Of a stretch of DNA of 64,000 nt, positions 1-9,948 are shown in pieces. The notes beneath the pieces are model-generated. The model did not search any database. It was given only the letters and a program-made list of their open reading frames with translations, and was not told the DNA's origin. Source of the stretch: an uncultured Puniceicoccaceae bacterium (lineage in GTDB: Bacteria; Verrucomicrobiota; Verrucomicrobiia; Opitutales; Coraliomargaritaceae); contig CAJWEH010000001.1 of assembly GCA_913031135.1 (NCBI GenBank), positions 1,482 through 65,481 on the forward strand, given 5' to 3'. The position numbers and the translations under genes were made by a program. Position 1 is the stretch's first letter. Each line of letters opens with the position of its first letter.

Positions 1-598
1 TGCGTATCTCCCTTTTTTTTCCATGAGATAAATGAACTTCCAAGCGACGCTTATTTCCTTCCTTTTCTCCTGGTGCTGGTATGATTTTGTCTGCTTTTAA
101 AAATTCTCCTTCAAAATCGATACCTTCCAGCATTTTTGGTATGTCCTTATGGTTGAGATCTCGGCTGAGCGTGACTCGATAGCGTTTGACGATATTTGTG
201 GAGGGGTGGGTTAGTTGATTGGCAAGATCACCATCATTCGTGAGTATAAGTAGACCTTCACTGTCTTTATCGAGTCTACCCGCACAAAATAAGCGTTTTT
301 TCTGAAGATCGCTAGGCAGCAAATCAAAGACAGTTTGCGTTGCGTAAGGGTCTTTATTGCTACAGATAAAGCCCTTTGGTTTATTTAAGACTAGGGTAGT
401 TGGTCTTTCTTGTAAAAATTGTAATGGCTTATTGTTAACAAAGATTGCATCGCTTGGATGGGCTTTAGATCCAAGTTCGATCGTTTTGCCATTCACTCGT
501 ACCTTGCCATCTTGGATTAATTTTTCCGCTTCCCTACGAGAGCAAACCCCCGCATTGGCTATAAGCTTTTGAACCCTTTCTGTTTTAAACTCTTTCAT
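1..598 (-). CDS. Pseudouridine synthase, RsuA/RluB family with N-terminal S4 domain. Its 3' end runs off the window, so it is absent from the ORF track.
   Basis: Own translation of the minus strand from the ATG at 598-596 gives MKEFKTERVQKLIANAGVCSRREAEKLIQDGKVRVNGK, then NKPKGFICS and AGRLDKDSEGLLILTNDGDLANQLTHP. These are the S4 motif and the catalytic GRLD..SEGLL block of this family. Confidence 0.8.
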   Translation of the reverse strand, partial: MKEFKTERVQKLIANAGVCSRREAEKLIQDGKVRVNGKTIELGSKAHPSDAIFVNNKPLQFLQERPTTLVLNKPKGFICSNKDPYATQTVFDLLPSDLQKKRLFCAGRLDKDSEGLLILTNDGDLANQLTHPSTNIVKRYRVTLSRDLNHKDIPKMLEGIDFEGEFLKADKIIPAPGEKEGNKRRLEVHLSHGKKREIR

Positions 599-657
599 TT
601 ATCACTTGCTATTTATAAAGAAACCTTTGTTACATATTTTTAACATTCTGACTTGCG

Positions 658-690
658 TTCAATCATTAAAATTCGAATATTTCAATCATT
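658..690. promoter_or_regulatory. Two exact TTCAATCATT direct repeats (658-667, 681-690) flanking the palindrome ATTCGAAT (671-678). They lie in the divergent region upstream of fabG. Candidate operator or promoter element.
   Basis: Read directly from the sequence. Function is not established. Confidence 0.3.
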
Positions 691-708
691 CAACAAAGAT
701 AACTTTTT

Positions 709-1455
709 ATGACGGATACCACAGATAAGAAAATCGCTTTAGTAACAGGAGCTGGCCGTGGGATTGGGAAAGCGATTGCTCTTTCTTTAGCTAAAGAAGG
801 ACATCATGTCATTTGTGTGAGTCGTTCTGAATCATCCTGTGGCGCAGTTGCTGAACAGATTCTGCAAGAAGGAGGTTCGGCAGAATCGCTAGCCCTTGAT
901 GTATCAGATGCGACTGCTGTAGAATGTGCCTGTGCTGAATTGCTTGAAAAACATAGCTTAATTGATATTTTAGTCAATAATGCTGGGATCACTAGAGATA
1001 ATCTGCTTTTTAGAATGGAAGAAGAAGATTGGGATGCAGTTTTGAATACCAATCTAAAAAGCTGTTTTACCTTTATTAAGCATTTAGCACGTCCAATGAC
1101 TCGTAAACGATGGGGGCGAATTATTAATATCGCTTCAGTCATCGGGTTAACTGGTAATGCTGGACAAGCAAATTATGCTGCAGCGAAAGCAGGGATTATT
1201 GGACTCACTAAGAGCTTAGCTAAAGAATTTGCTGCAAGAAATGTCTCAGTTAATGTCATTGCGCCAGGATTTATTCAAACAGATATGACAAATGCTTTGA
1301 CTGAAGAACAGCAAAAATCCATCGTTGGTATCATTCCTATGAAACGAATGGGAACTTCTGAGGACATCGCAAATATGGCTACTTTTTTAGCTTCAACAAA
1401 ATCTGACTACATCACTGGGCAAGTTTTTACAGTTGACGGTGGAATGGTCATGTGA
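709..1455 (+). CDS. fabG: 3-oxoacyl-ACP reductase
   Basis: TGAGRGIGKA Rossmann motif, NNAGI, YAAAKAG catalytic Y-x3-K. Sits immediately upstream of acpP-fabF. Confidence 0.9.
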   Translation: MTDTTDKKIALVTGAGRGIGKAIALSLAKEGHHVICVSRSESSCGAVAEQILQEGGSAESLALDVSDATAVECACAELLEKHSLIDILVNNAGITRDNLLFRMEEEDWDAVLNTNLKSCFTFIKHLARPMTRKRWGRIINIASVIGLTGNAGQANYAAAKAGIIGLTKSLAKEFAARNVSVNVIAPGFIQTDMTNALTEEQQKSIVGIIPMKRMGTSEDIANMATFLASTKSDYITGQVFTVDGGMVM

Positions 1456-1488
1456 TGAATAATTTTAAAAAATTAATAATTAATACTT

Positions 1489-1740
1489 ATGGCTGATCAA
1501 ACAATAGAAGAAAGAGTTCGTGCAATTATTGTAGAACAATTAAACGTGAACGCAGAGCAAGTGACACTTGAAGCATCCTTTATTGATGACTTGGGTTGTG
1601 ATTCACTCGATAATGTGGAATTAATTATGGCTTTTGAAGAAGCCTTTAGTGATGAAATTGATGGAGAGATTCCTGAAGCGGATGCCGAAAAGCTTGTTAA
1701 AGTTGGTGACGTTGTTCAATACATCACAGAGAAATCCTAA
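1489..1740 (+). CDS. acpP: Acyl carrier protein
   Basis: 83 aa and acidic, with the [13 protein letters not shown] phosphopantetheine-attachment motif (DSLD). Confidence 0.95.
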   Translation: MADQTIEERVRAIIVEQLNVNAEQVTLEASFIDDLGCDSLDNVELIMAFEEAFSDEIDGEIPEADAEKLVKVGDVVQYITEKS

Positions 1741-1770
1741 AATTATATAGTTCTTAAAGCCTTTTTTAAC

Positions 1771-3030
1771 ATGTCAAGTGACACAACGGCTCCCAGAATT
1801 GTTGTAACTGGATTAGGTACAATTAACGCTCACGGAGTGGGGGTCGATAAATTATGGGAAGGGGTTTTATCTGGAACGAGCGGTATTCGCAAAATTGAAT
1901 CTTTTGATGTTTCAGAATTAACATCAAAAGTGGGTGCAGAAGTCCATGATTTTGAGGTTTCAGATTTCATGGATGTTAAAGAAGCGAGAAGGAATGATCG
2001 CTTTACTCATTTTGCTGTCGCTAGTTCTCGTTTAGCCATTCAGGATGCAGGAATTCAGTTGGATTCATTGGATCCAGAACGATTTGGTGTTTTTGTAGGG
2101 TCTGGTATAGGTGGTTTGCAAACCATTCATGATCAAACAGCCCGGATGATTGAGCGTGGTCCAAGGAAAGTATCTCCGTTTATGATACCGTCATTAATTG
2201 GAAACATAGCCAGTGGTGTTGTCGCTATCGAACTAGGGGCTAAAGGTCCAAATTTCGGCATTGTAAGTGCGTGTTCATCAGCAACCCATTCAATAGGTGA
2301 AGCTTTTAATACGATTCGCAATGGTCACGCGGATATCATGATTGCTGGGGGTAGCGAAGCGGCTGTTTGTCAATTAGGCTATGCTGGCTTTTGTTCTATG
2401 AAAGCAATGAGCACGAATTTCAATGATACACCTGAAACAGCAAGCCGTCCTTTTGAGAAAAATCGTGATGGTTTTGTTATGGGTGAAGGAGCAGGGCTTC
2501 TTATATTGGAACGATTGGAGCACGCACAGGCTAGGGGAGCAAAAATATATTGTGAATTAGCTGCCTACGATTCGAGTTGCGATGCTTATCATATCACATC
2601 TCCAGATCCTGCAGGACAAGCTTTGTCTAAATCCTTCAAGAGCGTTGTATCCGCTTCAGGTCTAAAGCCTGAGGATATCGATTATATTAATGCTCATGGT
2701 ACGTCTACTCCGTATAATGATAAATTTGAAACTTTGGCTATTAAAGACGCCTTTGGCTCACATGCGAACAATCTTTTAATAAGCTCAACAAAATCAATGA
2801 CTGGACACTTGCTAGGTGCGGCAGGCGGCATTGAGTCTGCAATCTGTGCTAAAGTTATTCAGGAAGGTAAGGTACCCCCTACGATCAATCATTTTGAACC
2901 TGACCCAGATTGTGATTTAAATTATGTTCCGAATACTAGTGTTGAGTCACAAGTAAAGGTAGCCATCTGTAATAATTCAGGCTTTGGTGGGCATAATGCA
3001 GTCCTTTTATTCCAAGCAATTGATGAATAA
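1771..3030 (+). CDS. fabF: 3-oxoacyl-ACP synthase II
   Basis: 419 aa. Active-site VSACSS, NAHGTSTP and GHLLGAAG motifs typical of KAS II. Confidence 0.9.
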   Translation: MSSDTTAPRIVVTGLGTINAHGVGVDKLWEGVLSGTSGIRKIESFDVSELTSKVGAEVHDFEVSDFMDVKEARRNDRFTHFAVASSRLAIQDAGIQLDSLDPERFGVFVGSGIGGLQTIHDQTARMIERGPRKVSPFMIPSLIGNIASGVVAIELGAKGPNFGIVSACSSATHSIGEAFNTIRNGHADIMIAGGSEAAVCQLGYAGFCSMKAMSTNFNDTPETASRPFEKNRDGFVMGEGAGLLILERLEHAQARGAKIYCELAAYDSSCDAYHITSPDPAGQALSKSFKSVVSASGLKPEDIDYINAHGTSTPYNDKFETLAIKDAFGSHANNLLISSTKSMTGHLLGAAGGIESAICAKVIQEGKVPPTINHFEPDPDCDLNYVPNTSVESQVKVAICNNSGFGGHNAVLLFQAIDE

Positions 3031-3075
3031 GACGGATTGCTCCATCGCAGTTTTTTTATTTTTATCTACAAGCGT

Positions 3076-4605
3076 ATGCAATTCATCCTAAAATTATCAA
3101 TAGGAGCTCTGCTAGGTATTCTTTTATTGCCTTATTTGGTCATTTTTGATTCCTCGCCACCTAAGGGTAGTAATTTATCTAGTCCATATTTTAGTTACAC
3201 GGACGCTCAGCTGTTAGTCGATCGTACTTATTTGAAGGATTCTGAAGAATCACTGTATTTGGACCATCAAATTTTTGATTATATGATCGATGAGATTAAA
3301 TCTGCGGAAACCTTTTTAATTCTAGACTTTTTCTTGTGGAATAACTGGGTCGGTAGATTCGACAGAGATATATTGAAAAAATCTATAGCTAATCGATTGT
3401 CTGATGCCTTGATTGCAAAACGTAAAGCAAGACCAGATATTCCCATTTTAATGATAACGGATCCCATTAATCGTCTGTATAACCCGTTTGATTCAGACTA
3501 CTTTAAGGAGTTTGAATCCTTAGGGATTCCCGTGGTTTTTACTGATTTAAAACAGCTTCCAGATCCTAATCCATTATATTCAAAGCAAGTGCGTTTTTGG
3601 TCTAAATTTTTTCCTAGCGAAGCAAAAGAGAATCGATTCAGGTTCATTCCAAATACATTGAATCCAAACGGAGAAAAATTGAGTTTGAAACAATTTTGGG
3701 AAGCGTTTCATTTGAAGTCAAACCACAGAAAAGTACTGATTTCGGGCTATAAGAACCAAGCGTCTCGATTAATACTTGGTAGTTTTAACCCATCAGATGC
3801 AAGTGCTTTGAATTCAAATATTGCAGCTTTAGTAGAGGGTCCTGTAGCTGATTATGCCGCACGTTCCGAGATGGCAATCGCGCGTTGGTCTACAGTAGAT
3901 ACTTCAAATTTACAGGGAAGTACTTTTTCGCTACTAGACACTTTAAATCGCTTGGATCAATTAATTGCTAGCGAAAAGGAGTTTGATGCATTTAAATCAA
4001 AGAATTCAGGCGTGCGCTTTTTGGGTGAAAAGCAAATAAAGTCGACTGTTTTAGGTTTATTAAAAAATGCTAAAGAGAATACAGAGATTGATATAGCAAT
4101 GTTTTATTTGTCGGATAGAAAAGTAATTAGAGCGATCAAGTCTGCATTAAAAAAGGGTGCTCAGATACGATTATTATTAGATCAAAATTTAAATGCTTTT
4201 GGATTTAAGAAGAATGGGATTCCAAATCGAGCGGTTGCAGATGAATTAATGTCTTTAGATGCATCAAATGCTTTGAGTGTTCGCTGGGCGAGTGCTGATA
4301 GTGGGGGGCAATTTCATCCGAAAGCGTTTCGTCTCTATGATGATAAAAATGATATTTTAATTGTTGGTTCTGCCAACTTTACTCGAAGGAACATTAATGG
4401 CTTTAATTTAGAAGCTTGTTTGCTTTTCAATTCTGTTTTGTCCGTTAGTAATAAGTTTGATGCTTATTTTGATGAGGTTTGGACAAATAGTCTGGGCTAC
4501 TCTGAATCCTTGGATTACTCTGAATTAAATAACCCAAAGTGGATGCGTTGGTATAGAGCAGTTGTATTTCGCATACAGGAATGGACTCAGCTGTCTACGT
4601 ATTAG
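3076..4605 (+). CDS. Membrane-anchored phospholipase D-like (HKD superfamily) protein
   Basis: N-terminal TM helix. Two HKD-like blocks (NHRKVLISG...GSFNPSD and HPKAFRLYDD...VGSANFTRRN), both with non-canonical spacing. Start trimmed from the TTG at 3037 to the ATG at 3076. It begins 45 nt after the fabF stop at this ATG (6 nt at the TTG), so it is probably co-transcribed. Confidence 0.6.
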   Translation: MQFILKLSIGALLGILLLPYLVIFDSSPPKGSNLSSPYFSYTDAQLLVDRTYLKDSEESLYLDHQIFDYMIDEIKSAETFLILDFFLWNNWVGRFDRDILKKSIANRLSDALIAKRKARPDIPILMITDPINRLYNPFDSDYFKEFESLGIPVVFTDLKQLPDPNPLYSKQVRFWSKFFPSEAKENRFRFIPNTLNPNGEKLSLKQFWEAFHLKSNHRKVLISGYKNQASRLILGSFNPSDASALNSNIAALVEGPVADYAARSEMAIARWSTVDTSNLQGSTFSLLDTLNRLDQLIASEKEFDAFKSKNSGVRFLGEKQIKSTVLGLLKNAKENTEIDIAMFYLSDRKVIRAIKSALKKGAQIRLLLDQNLNAFGFKKNGIPNRAVADELMSLDASNALSVRWASADSGGQFHPKAFRLYDDKNDILIVGSANFTRRNINGFNLEACLLFNSVLSVSNKFDAYFDEVWTNSLGYSESLDYSELNNPKWMRWYRAVVFRIQEWTQLSTY

Positions 4606-4924
4606 AATGCCGATTTTTTTTTGTATTGAAGCGTCCCGGTAGCTTCTGCCGTTTTTTCTTTTTTAAAAATATGGGCATTAGGCTAGTCTCAATGAATTTC
4701 ATTGCGGCGTCTAAGCCCTCACTTTCAAATACTTGACCAATTTCACACTCTACTTGGGTTGGCTCTCCTCGGCAGGATAGGAATTCATTAGAGGTCATGG
4801 ATTGAAAAATCTCAGCTCGTTCTTTGATGGCTATGTCTGATTGGTTTAGTATCCATTTTCTTGCATAGAGAGCGAGGACGGCATCACCAATCCAAGCGAG
4901 AGATCTTTTTTCTTCGATATTCAT
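4595..4924 (-). CDS. Small RNase III-domain protein (Mini-III-like, no dsRBD) with a Lys/Arg-rich tail
   Basis: SLAWIGDAVLALY resembles the Mini-III ALAYIGDAV signature, and VECEIGQVFESEGLDAAMKFI resembles the FEALIG..GL block. It starts 1 nt after the polA stop. Confidence 0.5.
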   Translation of the reverse strand: MNIEEKRSLAWIGDAVLALYARKWILNQSDIAIKERAEIFQSMTSNEFLSCRGEPTQVECEIGQVFESEGLDAAMKFIETSLMPIFLKKKKRQKLPGRFNTKKNRHSNT

Positions 4925-4925
4925 A

Positions 4926-7694
4926 TCAATGAGCTTCTAGCCAATTATTGCCAATACCTATTTCTATTTCAATTGGACATTTTAAATCAATAGCATGAAC
5001 CATCTCATTTTTTAATAGGAGGGTTAATGGTTCTGCTTCCTCGGGTGCTAAATCAAACACAAGTTCATCGTGAACTTGTAGAATCATTTTTGAAGAAAGG
5101 TTTGCTTCTTCAATTGCTTTTTGGATACGAATCATGGCAATTTTGATTAAGTCTGCGGCTGTTCCTTGAATCGGCATATTGATCGCATTTCTTTCTGCCG
5201 CTGACCGAATGCTTCCGTTTGATGAATTGATGTCTCTCAAGTAACGCCTTCGACCTAATAGGGTTGAAACATAGCCGTTTTTTCTGGCTAACTCAATTTG
5301 AGAATCAATGTAATTTCGAATGGTTGGAAATTGTTCAAAATAATTGTCAATGATGGCTTGTGCTTCGGTTCTGGAAATTGTGCCTAACCTTTGTGCTAGT
5401 CCGAAAGCTGAAATTCCATAGGGAATGCCAAAATTGACCATTTTAGCCGTGCTTCTTTGATCTCTAGTAACATCCTCAATCCTCACTTTGAAAATCTTTG
5501 CTGCGGTTGATGCGTGGATATCTTGATTTTCTTTAAAGGCATTAATCATGCTTTCATCTTCTGAAAGTGCTGCCAATATTCTCAGTTCTATTTGTGAGTA
5601 ATCGGCAGCCAAGATTTTCCAATCACTCTTTCTCGGGATAAATGCTTTGCGTATTTCTCTGCCAAAGGTGCTTCGAATAGGAATGTTTTGTAGGTTTGGA
5701 TTATTTGATGTGAGTCGACCCGTCGCTGTTTGAACCTGCCCAAAGTTTGAATGGATTCTTTGTGTCTTTATGTGAACGGTTTTAGGGAGTGCTTCTATGT
5801 AAGTGCTAATTAATTTTGTTAATTGGCGATAGTCTAAAATATCTGATACAATCGTATGTTTGGATGCTAAACTTGAGAGGATTTGTTCGTTTGTTGCATA
5901 CTGACCTGTTTTTGTCTTTTTGGGCTTTTCAACGAGTTTTAAGTCTTCAAATAAGACAATACCGAGTTGTTTAGGCGAATTTAAATTAAAATCCCTGCCT
6001 GCTGTTTGAAAGATAGACTCTTGAAGACGATTTATCTCTAAAGCTAAAGTTTTGCCTGTTTCTTGTAGCGACGATTCATTTAATGAAATGCCTTCTTGTT
6101 CCATTGATACGAGCACTGGAAGCAGTGGTGACTCAATCTCGTAAAAAGTCTTTGATTGTCCCTGACTTTCCAATTTAGGTTTTAGTAATTCCCAGAGTTG
6201 GAATGTCACATCGGCATCTTCCATGGCATAATCTGTAAACTGCTTTTCATCAATCGTGCTAAAATCAATATCGGCTCCTTTTTTAGCGTTTGGGGCGATT
6301 TCTGAGAAGGGTATCGTTTTATACTGTAGTAAGTTTTCTGCTAAAATATCTAAATTGTGCCGTTGCTCAGGTTCAATCAGGGAGTGAGCAATGAATGTGT
6401 CAAAGCATGGATTTTGGACTGTTATATTGTGGTTTTTAAGGATAGCAGTATCGAATTTTAAATTGTGAGCGATTTTCGTGAATTGTATATTTTCAAGAAG
6501 CTCTTTTAGAAAGTGACGGTCTTTTTCATTGTAGGGAAGGTACCAAGCCTGATTTTTCTTGGTTGCAAATGCGACGCCATGTAATTCAGCCGTTAGGGTG
6601 TCGAGTGAATTGGTCTCAGTATCAAAAGCGAAGCACTCAGTTTCTTTGATAGCCTTCAATAAATCTTCTTTATCAAGATCATTTCGAATGAGCCTATAAT
6701 CGGTTGTTATGTCAGAAAGTGATTGAAGCGAGTTTCCTTGAACTAGTTCGATCTCTGTTTGTTTTTGTTCCTCGCCGGAGCTCAAGGTGAAGTTCTCTTC
6801 TGAAGGGCTTTTTATTTGAAAATCAGTTCCAAATAGGCGTTTCCCAAGTGTTCTGAATTCTAATTCTGAAAATAATGCATCCAAGCGATCTTTAGAGGGT
6901 TCATTTAGGGCAAATGCATCCCAATCATACTCAATTGGTACGGACTGATTGATAATGGCAAGTTTCTTTGATAAAAGCGCTTGTTCAGAGTATCGTTCTA
7001 ATTGTTCTTTTTGTTTCCCTTTTAAATCGTCTGTATGTTCAAGTAGTTGTTCGATGTTTGAATAGTTATGGATTAATTTAGAAGCTGTTTTGGGACCGAT
7101 ACCTGGAACGCCAGGAATATTATCAGAGACATCTCCACAAAGACCTAACATATCTATGACTTGTTTAGGCTCACTTATATCCCATTTTTCAAGAATTTCA
7201 GGAATTCCCCAAATCTCTGCACCATCTCCCTGTCTTGAAGGGCGATACATTTTGATCTTTTCGGTGACTAATTGACCAAAATCTTTATCAGGAGTGACCA
7301 TGTAGACTTCATCAAAGCCATCGGATTCTGCGTTTTTTGCTAGAGTACCTATAATGTCATCGGCTTCAAAACCATCTTGTTTTAAAATGGGTATATTAAA
7401 AGCGTTAGAGACTGTTTCTATATACGGAAGTGCTAAAGATAAGTCTTCAGGCATTGCATCTCTGTTTGCCTTATATTCGGGGTGTAATCTGTGGCGTTCA
7501 GTTGGCGCAGAAGTGTCAAATGCAATGGCGAGGTGAGTGGGTTTTTGCTTTTTAATCAGATCAATCAGTGTTGCAGTAAATCCAAAAACGGCAGATGTAT
7601 TCATCCCCTTTGAATTATAGATAGGGCTCCTTATAAGGGCAAAATGTGCCCTGTATGCGAGTGCCATTCCATCAAGCAAAAATAATTTTTTCAT
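4926..7694 (-). CDS. polA: DNA polymerase I
   Basis: 922 aa. 5'-nuclease N-terminus (LLDGMALAYRAHFA), 3'-5' exo block (FAFDTETNSL), and polymerase motifs DYSQIELR and QVHDELVF. Confidence 0.95.
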   Translation of the reverse strand: MKKLFLLDGMALAYRAHFALIRSPIYNSKGMNTSAVFGFTATLIDLIKKQKPTHLAIAFDTSAPTERHRLHPEYKANRDAMPEDLSLALPYIETVSNAFNIPILKQDGFEADDIIGTLAKNAESDGFDEVYMVTPDKDFGQLVTEKIKMYRPSRQGDGAEIWGIPEILEKWDISEPKQVIDMLGLCGDVSDNIPGVPGIGPKTASKLIHNYSNIEQLLEHTDDLKGKQKEQLERYSEQALLSKKLAIINQSVPIEYDWDAFALNEPSKDRLDALFSELEFRTLGKRLFGTDFQIKSPSEENFTLSSGEEQKQTEIELVQGNSLQSLSDITTDYRLIRNDLDKEDLLKAIKETECFAFDTETNSLDTLTAELHGVAFATKKNQAWYLPYNEKDRHFLKELLENIQFTKIAHNLKFDTAILKNHNITVQNPCFDTFIAHSLIEPEQRHNLDILAENLLQYKTIPFSEIAPNAKKGADIDFSTIDEKQFTDYAMEDADVTFQLWELLKPKLESQGQSKTFYEIESPLLPVLVSMEQEGISLNESSLQETGKTLALEINRLQESIFQTAGRDFNLNSPKQLGIVLFEDLKLVEKPKKTKTGQYATNEQILSSLASKHTIVSDILDYRQLTKLISTYIEALPKTVHIKTQRIHSNFGQVQTATGRLTSNNPNLQNIPIRSTFGREIRKAFIPRKSDWKILAADYSQIELRILAALSEDESMINAFKENQDIHASTAAKIFKVRIEDVTRDQRSTAKMVNFGIPYGISAFGLAQRLGTISRTEAQAIIDNYFEQFPTIRNYIDSQIELARKNGYVSTLLGRRRYLRDINSSNGSIRSAAERNAINMPIQGTAADLIKIAMIRIQKAIEEANLSSKMILQVHDELVFDLAPEEAEPLTLLLKNEMVHAIDLKCPIEIEIGIGNNWLEAH

Positions 7695-7704
7695 AATTAA
7701 ACGG

Positions 7705-9081
7705 TTATTGAATAATTGATTTTAAGTATTGAAGTCCAGTTTCTTCGCTATCAAAAAGACCTTCGATTTGAGCTTGATAGCAGCGACTGAGGATGTCTTT
7801 AAATTGTGGACTAGGTGTGATGTCTAAGTCGATTAAATGTCGTCCTAGTATGATGGGTTTTGGCTCTGAATCTTTAACTTTTAAGTTTTCAGATTTACGC
7901 AATAGCCATTTAGTCACTTCAAATTTTGTTTCTTTTATTGGAGGTCGTCCCATCTGGTCAGCCTCTACAACTCGCACTAAGCGATCGATCCTTTTTACCT
8001 TGGCAGCTAATCGTCGTATCGCAGCGTCTCCAGATTTATTATTATATAAGTTGTAGGGTCTCATATGCTCGGTAACAAGTGGAAGTACTTCCTCGATGAG
8101 TTTTCTTTGTTGCGTCATTCGTTTCAGGAATGATTCTGCGATATTTTTACCTTCAATGTCGTGTTTCGGGCTTCGAATACGTCCATCTGATGTCGTAATG
8201 CTTGTAGTTGGCTTACCTATATCATGACATAATGTAGCCATTCCAACGACCAAATCTTCCCATTCATCGTGGATTCTTGTTTGAGCAAATGCATCCATAC
8301 AATGTTTCGTATGATTCCATACACTTCCTTCTGGGTGCCATTCTCGATCTTGTTCACAGTGTACTAATGCTTCCAATTCAGGGAAATGCTGAAGCCAATT
8401 GCAGTCGGCTAAAAATTCTAATCCTAATGAAATCTTTTCGCCTTTAAGAATCAGTTTTTTCCACTCTTCCCAAATGCGTTCTTTGGGTAAATTTTTAGGA
8501 TCTAGTTTTTGACATTTATCTAGTGTATTAGAGTCTACCTTTAATTGGAAACGAGCTATGAATTGCATCGCTCTTAAGACTCTTAGGGAATCTTCATCAA
8601 ATGCATCCGATACATGCTTTAGCGTTTTAGATTTTAAATCATTAACACCATTAAAGGGATCAATTAATTGATGGGTACTCAAATCATAGCTAATGGCATT
8701 GATCGTAAAGTCTCGCCGAGAGCAGGCAGTTTTGAGATCTAAAAATGGGTCGCCCTCCACATTGAAGTCGGTATGCTTAACTCCAATTTTTGATTCCTTT
8801 CGTGGGATACTAATATCTATAGAATGACCCTTTAGGATAAAAACGCCAAATTGCTTTCCTACCGTTTCGATTTGGAATTTTTTTGAAAGTGTTTTTTCGA
8901 TCAATTCAGGTTGAATATTATAGACTTCTATATCGATGTCTTTGGGGCAAAGCCCAAGCAAACTGTCTCGGACACATCCGCCGACTAAATAGACCTTAGC
9001 ACTTTCAGCTTTTAGTAAATCCTCAATTTCAATAATGGAAGTTCGTTGATGGTCGGATAATTGATGGAGAATGTTCACCAT
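7705..9081 (-). CDS. cca: CCA-adding enzyme / tRNA nucleotidyltransferase with HD domain
   Basis: GGCVRDSLLG...DIDIEV nucleotidyltransferase head, RRDFTINA, and the HD region LCHDIGKP. Confidence 0.8.
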   Translation of the reverse strand: MVNILHQLSDHQRTSIIEIEDLLKAESAKVYLVGGCVRDSLLGLCPKDIDIEVYNIQPELIEKTLSKKFQIETVGKQFGVFILKGHSIDISIPRKESKIGVKHTDFNVEGDPFLDLKTACSRRDFTINAISYDLSTHQLIDPFNGVNDLKSKTLKHVSDAFDEDSLRVLRAMQFIARFQLKVDSNTLDKCQKLDPKNLPKERIWEEWKKLILKGEKISLGLEFLADCNWLQHFPELEALVHCEQDREWHPEGSVWNHTKHCMDAFAQTRIHDEWEDLVVGMATLCHDIGKPTTSITTSDGRIRSPKHDIEGKNIAESFLKRMTQQRKLIEEVLPLVTEHMRPYNLYNNKSGDAAIRRLAAKVKRIDRLVRVVEADQMGRPPIKETKFEVTKWLLRKSENLKVKDSEPKPIILGRHLIDLDITPSPQFKDILSRCYQAQIEGLFDSEETGLQYLKSIIQ

Positions 9082-9084
9082 GAA

Positions 9085-9918
9085 TCAACGAATAGTAGGA
9101 TCTCCCCAATTTAATTTACTGCGAACAACGGAAAAGTGTGAATTGTTTGAATTCTGAATGAGTTTAAATTGCCGTTTTGATAATGTGATTTGGATAGACG
9201 AAATAGCTTTTAACTCAAATTTAGCCTTACCATCAATGGTAATGAGTGGTTGTGACGGGGAGTCATCAAAAAAGACCTCGATAGGATTATGTGAATCAAA
9301 AATGACAGAGCGATTTCCAAGTGTATGAGGGCAAATGGGAGTCATTGCAATTGCTTCAACATTTGGACTAATGATTGGTCCTCCAGCAGAAAGGTTATAA
9401 GCAGTTGATCCGGTGGGCGTAGCAAAGATCAAGCCGTCGCAGTGATATTCCGAAATCAGTTCAAGGTTTGATTTTACCTTTAAGCGTATCAGTCCTCTAT
9501 TTTTGTTTTCTTTAATGACTAAGTCATTCAATGCATAAGCCGATTGACCGTCGCCAGACTCACAATTTAACACAGAGCGTTTTTCAATAGAGAAGTTTCC
9601 ATTAAGGATATTCAGAAAATCAGCCTTTACTTGTTCAATACTAAAAGTGGCGAGGAATCCTAATTTCCCTAGGTTAATACCTAAGACAGTGGTATCATGT
9701 TCTAAAGCAGCTTCGACAACTCCTAGCAAAGTTCCATCGCCGCCAATCACACAACAGAGGTCAATCGATTCAAATAATTCCTTATTAAATGGGAATTCAG
9801 TGATGTGTTTCGTTTGGATACCTTTTGCTTCTGCAAGTACGGACAGTGCTTCTGCTGTTTCTTTAGCCTTAGGTTTTGATAAGTTAATTACAAATGCTAT
9901 GGATTGAATGGTATTCAT
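9085..9918 (-). CDS. nadK: NAD kinase
   Basis: VIGGDGTLLG motif, NDLVI, and TPTGSTAYNLSAGGPI. Confidence 0.9.
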   Translation of the reverse strand: MNTIQSIAFVINLSKPKAKETAEALSVLAEAKGIQTKHITEFPFNKELFESIDLCCVIGGDGTLLGVVEAALEHDTTVLGINLGKLGFLATFSIEQVKADFLNILNGNFSIEKRSVLNCESGDGQSAYALNDLVIKENKNRGLIRLKVKSNLELISEYHCDGLIFATPTGSTAYNLSAGGPIISPNVEAIAMTPICPHTLGNRSVIFDSHNPIEVFFDDSPSQPLITIDGKAKFELKAISSIQITLSKRQFKLIQNSNNSHFSVVRSKLNWGDPTIR

Positions 9919-9948
9919 TATTCTTTAGCTTGTACTGATAAGATAGAT

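Noticed and set aside
357-572. 71-aa plus-strand ORF from the track
   Set aside because: It lies antisense to the clearly homologous pseudouridine synthase gene (1-598, minus strand). Its translation has no recognisable features.
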